Shown: one piece after another, positions 61,221-64,000 of the stretch
How the letters are laid out: each line of letters opens with the position of its first letter
Numbering within the stretch: the first letter of the stretch is position 1
From: Carcharhinus amblyrhynchos
Lineage: Eukaryota
Assembly: GCA_965287045.1 (NCBI GenBank)
Contig: OZ336890.1
Location: forward strand, 17,980,001-18,044,000
Direction: 5' to 3'
DNA: 64,000 bases
The notes under the pieces: generated by a model
The model's database searches: none
The model's input: the letters and a program-made list of their open reading frames with translations, nothing else
Told to the model about the DNA's origin: nothing
Translations under genes and position numbers: made by a program

Positions 61221-62269
61221 AATCAGCTGAACTAAACTTCAGTAATTGCAATAGTGACATGATGTAATCAGTTAGCATTTTGTTCTGGGGACAGTAGGGG
61301 TTGAAACTCAATGGTTTTTTCTCTCTGGTATGAGTAGTGAAAGGCAAAGGAGTTGACATTAGTTCATGTTTTGTTATTTGTTATCACATCATAGATGATG
61401 TGATAACAGTGATAGTATGGGGACAGTGATAGTATGGCTCTATAACGCGACAATGTGACAGTGTAGTTATGCAAAGGACACTAAAACAGTGTGGATATGC
61501 AAAGAGACATAGTAAATGTGTAAAGGGACAGTGGCAGTGTAACTTTGTACCTTCCAACACCAAGTGCTTTAAATTGTTAATCTAGGATGGTTCCCCAAGG
61601 GTTGCGTTCATAGTTACTCAGAACAATTTAGGGGAAACCAAACAACTTCCGATTGTTGTGTGACCATTTTAAATACCCAGACTGAACCCCGCAGGCACAC
61701 CTCATGCTCTCCAAGGTGTTCCTTACCCCCAAATCTGTGTATCCTACTCTCAAACCTGACCTGACCACCTCCCCCCCCAACCCAGGGGGATAACCTCTCC
61801 CTTCACCTGGCTTGACCCAGACCAGACCACCAGACCCCTTATACGTACCCCCAATCTCTGACCCACTGCAGATCTCCAACCTGCTCCACCCCACCTCCAA
61901 ACCCACAGTTTCTGCCCCGACCCCCTACCCTCCCCCTGCCATCCATTCACCTTCTCCTAGGTCTATCACTTTCCTTTGGCCTCTTAAACTTACCTGTTTT
62001 ACAGCAGTTAGTGCAGTAAAGCGGACATGACCTTCTCGAATCAGACGATGAACTACACTGGGACCTGTGAGAACTCTTCCACTCCAAGCAGCTCCGGCCA
62101 CTGGATGTTTTAGCGCAGTTATCAAGGAAAAGGAAATGCGCATTAACATCTTGTAATTGAAGTGGGCTATTGCTTTCCAACGCCAATTGGAGGTTATGGC
62201 CCAATGACCCTGACTTAGGTGAACAGGGCATAATTCCAAAGCTCGCAGGTAACATGAAGCCTCAGAAAC

Positions 62270-63802
62270 ACAGCAAGCAGTGAGAAGGATGTGGACTTCA
62301 GAAAGACAGACAGAAAGAAGTTGCAATTTAATACTGTGAGGTGATACATTTTGGTGGGGAACAATGAAGAGTAGCAGTAAATGGAACAATCTTAAAGGGG
62401 TTATAGAAACAGAGAGACCCGAGGTGCAGAGTGAAAATCTTTGAATGCGGCAGGTTGCTTTGAGAAGGCTGTTAATAAAAGCTGATGTGCTCCTTGTTAT
62501 TTTAAACAGAGGCATAATGTACCAGAGGAGGTCTTGTGGTGCACTGGTAGCATCTCTGCCACTGGCCAAAAGCTTCGGATTCAACTGCCAGGACTTAATG
62601 GTCACATAAGGTGCGTTCATCATCACCTGGCCCAACAGATTGACTATCAGGCTGTAAAGCTTTCCAACGTGTCTGATGGCAGGTGGTAAAGAGCGGGAGA
62701 GTTTCCTGGTCCGCTGTACTGCACAAGGCAACAGCAAACCATTGTCATACCTGGCCAGACATAATCACTAACCACTTCCAATGGAAATCTTTGGTTGCCA
62801 ACACCCTCTTAGTACAGTGATATGTGTAGGAGCAGTGTACCAGAACAAGGAAGTTAGACTGACCCTTATAAAACTCTAACTGGGCCATGGCTGGAGTGCT
62901 GTGTTCCGTTCTCGGCAAAGTTCATTAAGAAGGATGTCAAGGAGTAGAGGGAGTGCAATAGAGATTTACTTAAAAGTAAAACATTAAAGTTTATTTATTA
63001 GTCACAAGTAGGCTTACATTAACACTGTAATGAATTTACTATGAAAATCCCCTGTTCGCCACACTCCAGCACCTGTTCGGGTACATTGAGAGAGAATTTC
63101 GTATGGCCATGGAATGATATACCACATTTCTGAGCTGTAATTTTCTATGGTTCTATGAGAAGGATGGCTATATGGCCCATCGTGTCTATGTTAGCTCTTT
63201 GAAGGAGCAATCCAATTAGTCCACTCCCTAGACCTAACCAGCACGTCTTTCAGACTGTGGGAGGAAACTGGAGCACCTAGAGGAAATCTATGCAGGCACA
63301 GGGAGAACATGCAGACTCTGCACAGACAGTGCGCTAGCCAGGAATCAAACCCAGGCCCCTGGCGCTGGGAGGCAGCATTGCTAACACTGTGCCACATGGA
63401 GAGATTGATGATGCTGCAGTTAGAGAGAAACAGAATTTCTAGCGGTGCTGAAAACCATGCAAGGTTTTGATAGGATAACCAAGAGTAAACTGTTTCCAGT
63501 AGGAAAAGTGTCAGCAACCTGAGAACAAGGATTTAAAGCAGCGACTGGGAAAATAACCAGACATGATGAAAACAGTTTTTGATGGAGTGATCGGGAATGC
63601 ACTGTCTGAAAGGTTAACAGAAACAGATTCAATCGTGCCATTTAACAGGAAATTGGATAATCCTTGAATTGGAAAACAAATGCAGGGCAATCTACAGAGA
63701 AAGCGCTGAGGTGTCGGACTAATTGGATAGCTCTTTCAAAGAGTTAACAGAGGCATGATGGGCCAAATGGCCATCCTTCCGTGGTGTATCATTCCATGAT
63801 TC
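62270..63802 (+). mobile_element. Old CR1 remnant carrying several nested insertions, including a split type-B V-SINE at 62985-63400
   Basis: TGTGAGGTGATACATTTTGG; CTGGAGTGCTGTGTTCCGTTCT; AAACTGTTTCCAGT; GGGCCAAATGGCC...TTCCATGATTC tail. Confidence 0.65.
62527..62835 (+). mobile_element. tRNA-headed SINE of a further family with a 9-bp target-site duplication
   Basis: GTGGTGCACTGGTAGC A-box-like head; TGTACCAGA repeated at 62518-62526 and 62836-62844. Confidence 0.65.
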
Positions 63803-64000
63803 TGCATTACATTCTGTTGGACGGTCCAGGATCTGTTAAATTCACTGACGATAACTATATTACAGGAAGAGTCAGACATGAAACTCAATCCTGCCACCTT
63901 CTGGTTGGTGGTCTCTGATTAAAAAAATTTTCTGAGTGTCGTAGCAAAAGTCAGCTTGCTAGATTGGTACTATACACAGTGATCAACATTTCCTTTCATT

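Noticed and set aside
61925-62737. 270-aa minus-strand ORF
   Set aside because: It crosses SINE and CR1 remnants in antisense, has no domain motifs and starts at a non-ATG codon.
55000-64000. Exons of COG1, the next gene in mammalian synteny
   Set aside because: No CpG island or recognisable COG1 coding sequence is present in the window.

Overview
This is vertebrate genomic DNA, almost certainly from a shark (inferred from HE1/V-SINE-type, Deu-type SINE, CR1, Rex1 and Penelope-type repeats). It covers the SLC39A11 (ZIP11) - SSTR2 locus. The first coding exon and GC-rich promoter of SLC39A11 lie on the minus strand at about 2.5-2.8 kb. Two somatostatin-receptor genes, each with a single coding exon, lie in tandem on the plus strand: a canonical SSTR2 (44861-45988, ending in the QTSI PDZ ligand) and, 30 kb upstream, an intact but strongly diverged SSTR2/3/5-clade paralogue (14187-15305). 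The paralogue keeps the somatostatin-binding residues but has changed several G-protein-coupling motifs, and it is the main candidate for something little described. Smaller points of interest are a conserved SSTR2b-type cryptic donor, transposon-derived uORFs in the SSTR2 leader, metal-response elements at ZIP11, a CTCF motif between the receptors, decayed hammerhead ribozymes in Penelope-type palindromes, and a templated insertion inside a SINE. The rest is mostly nested transposon debris, minisatellites and a 128-bp N gap. Repeat family names come from motif recognition, not database searches, and their boundaries are approximate.
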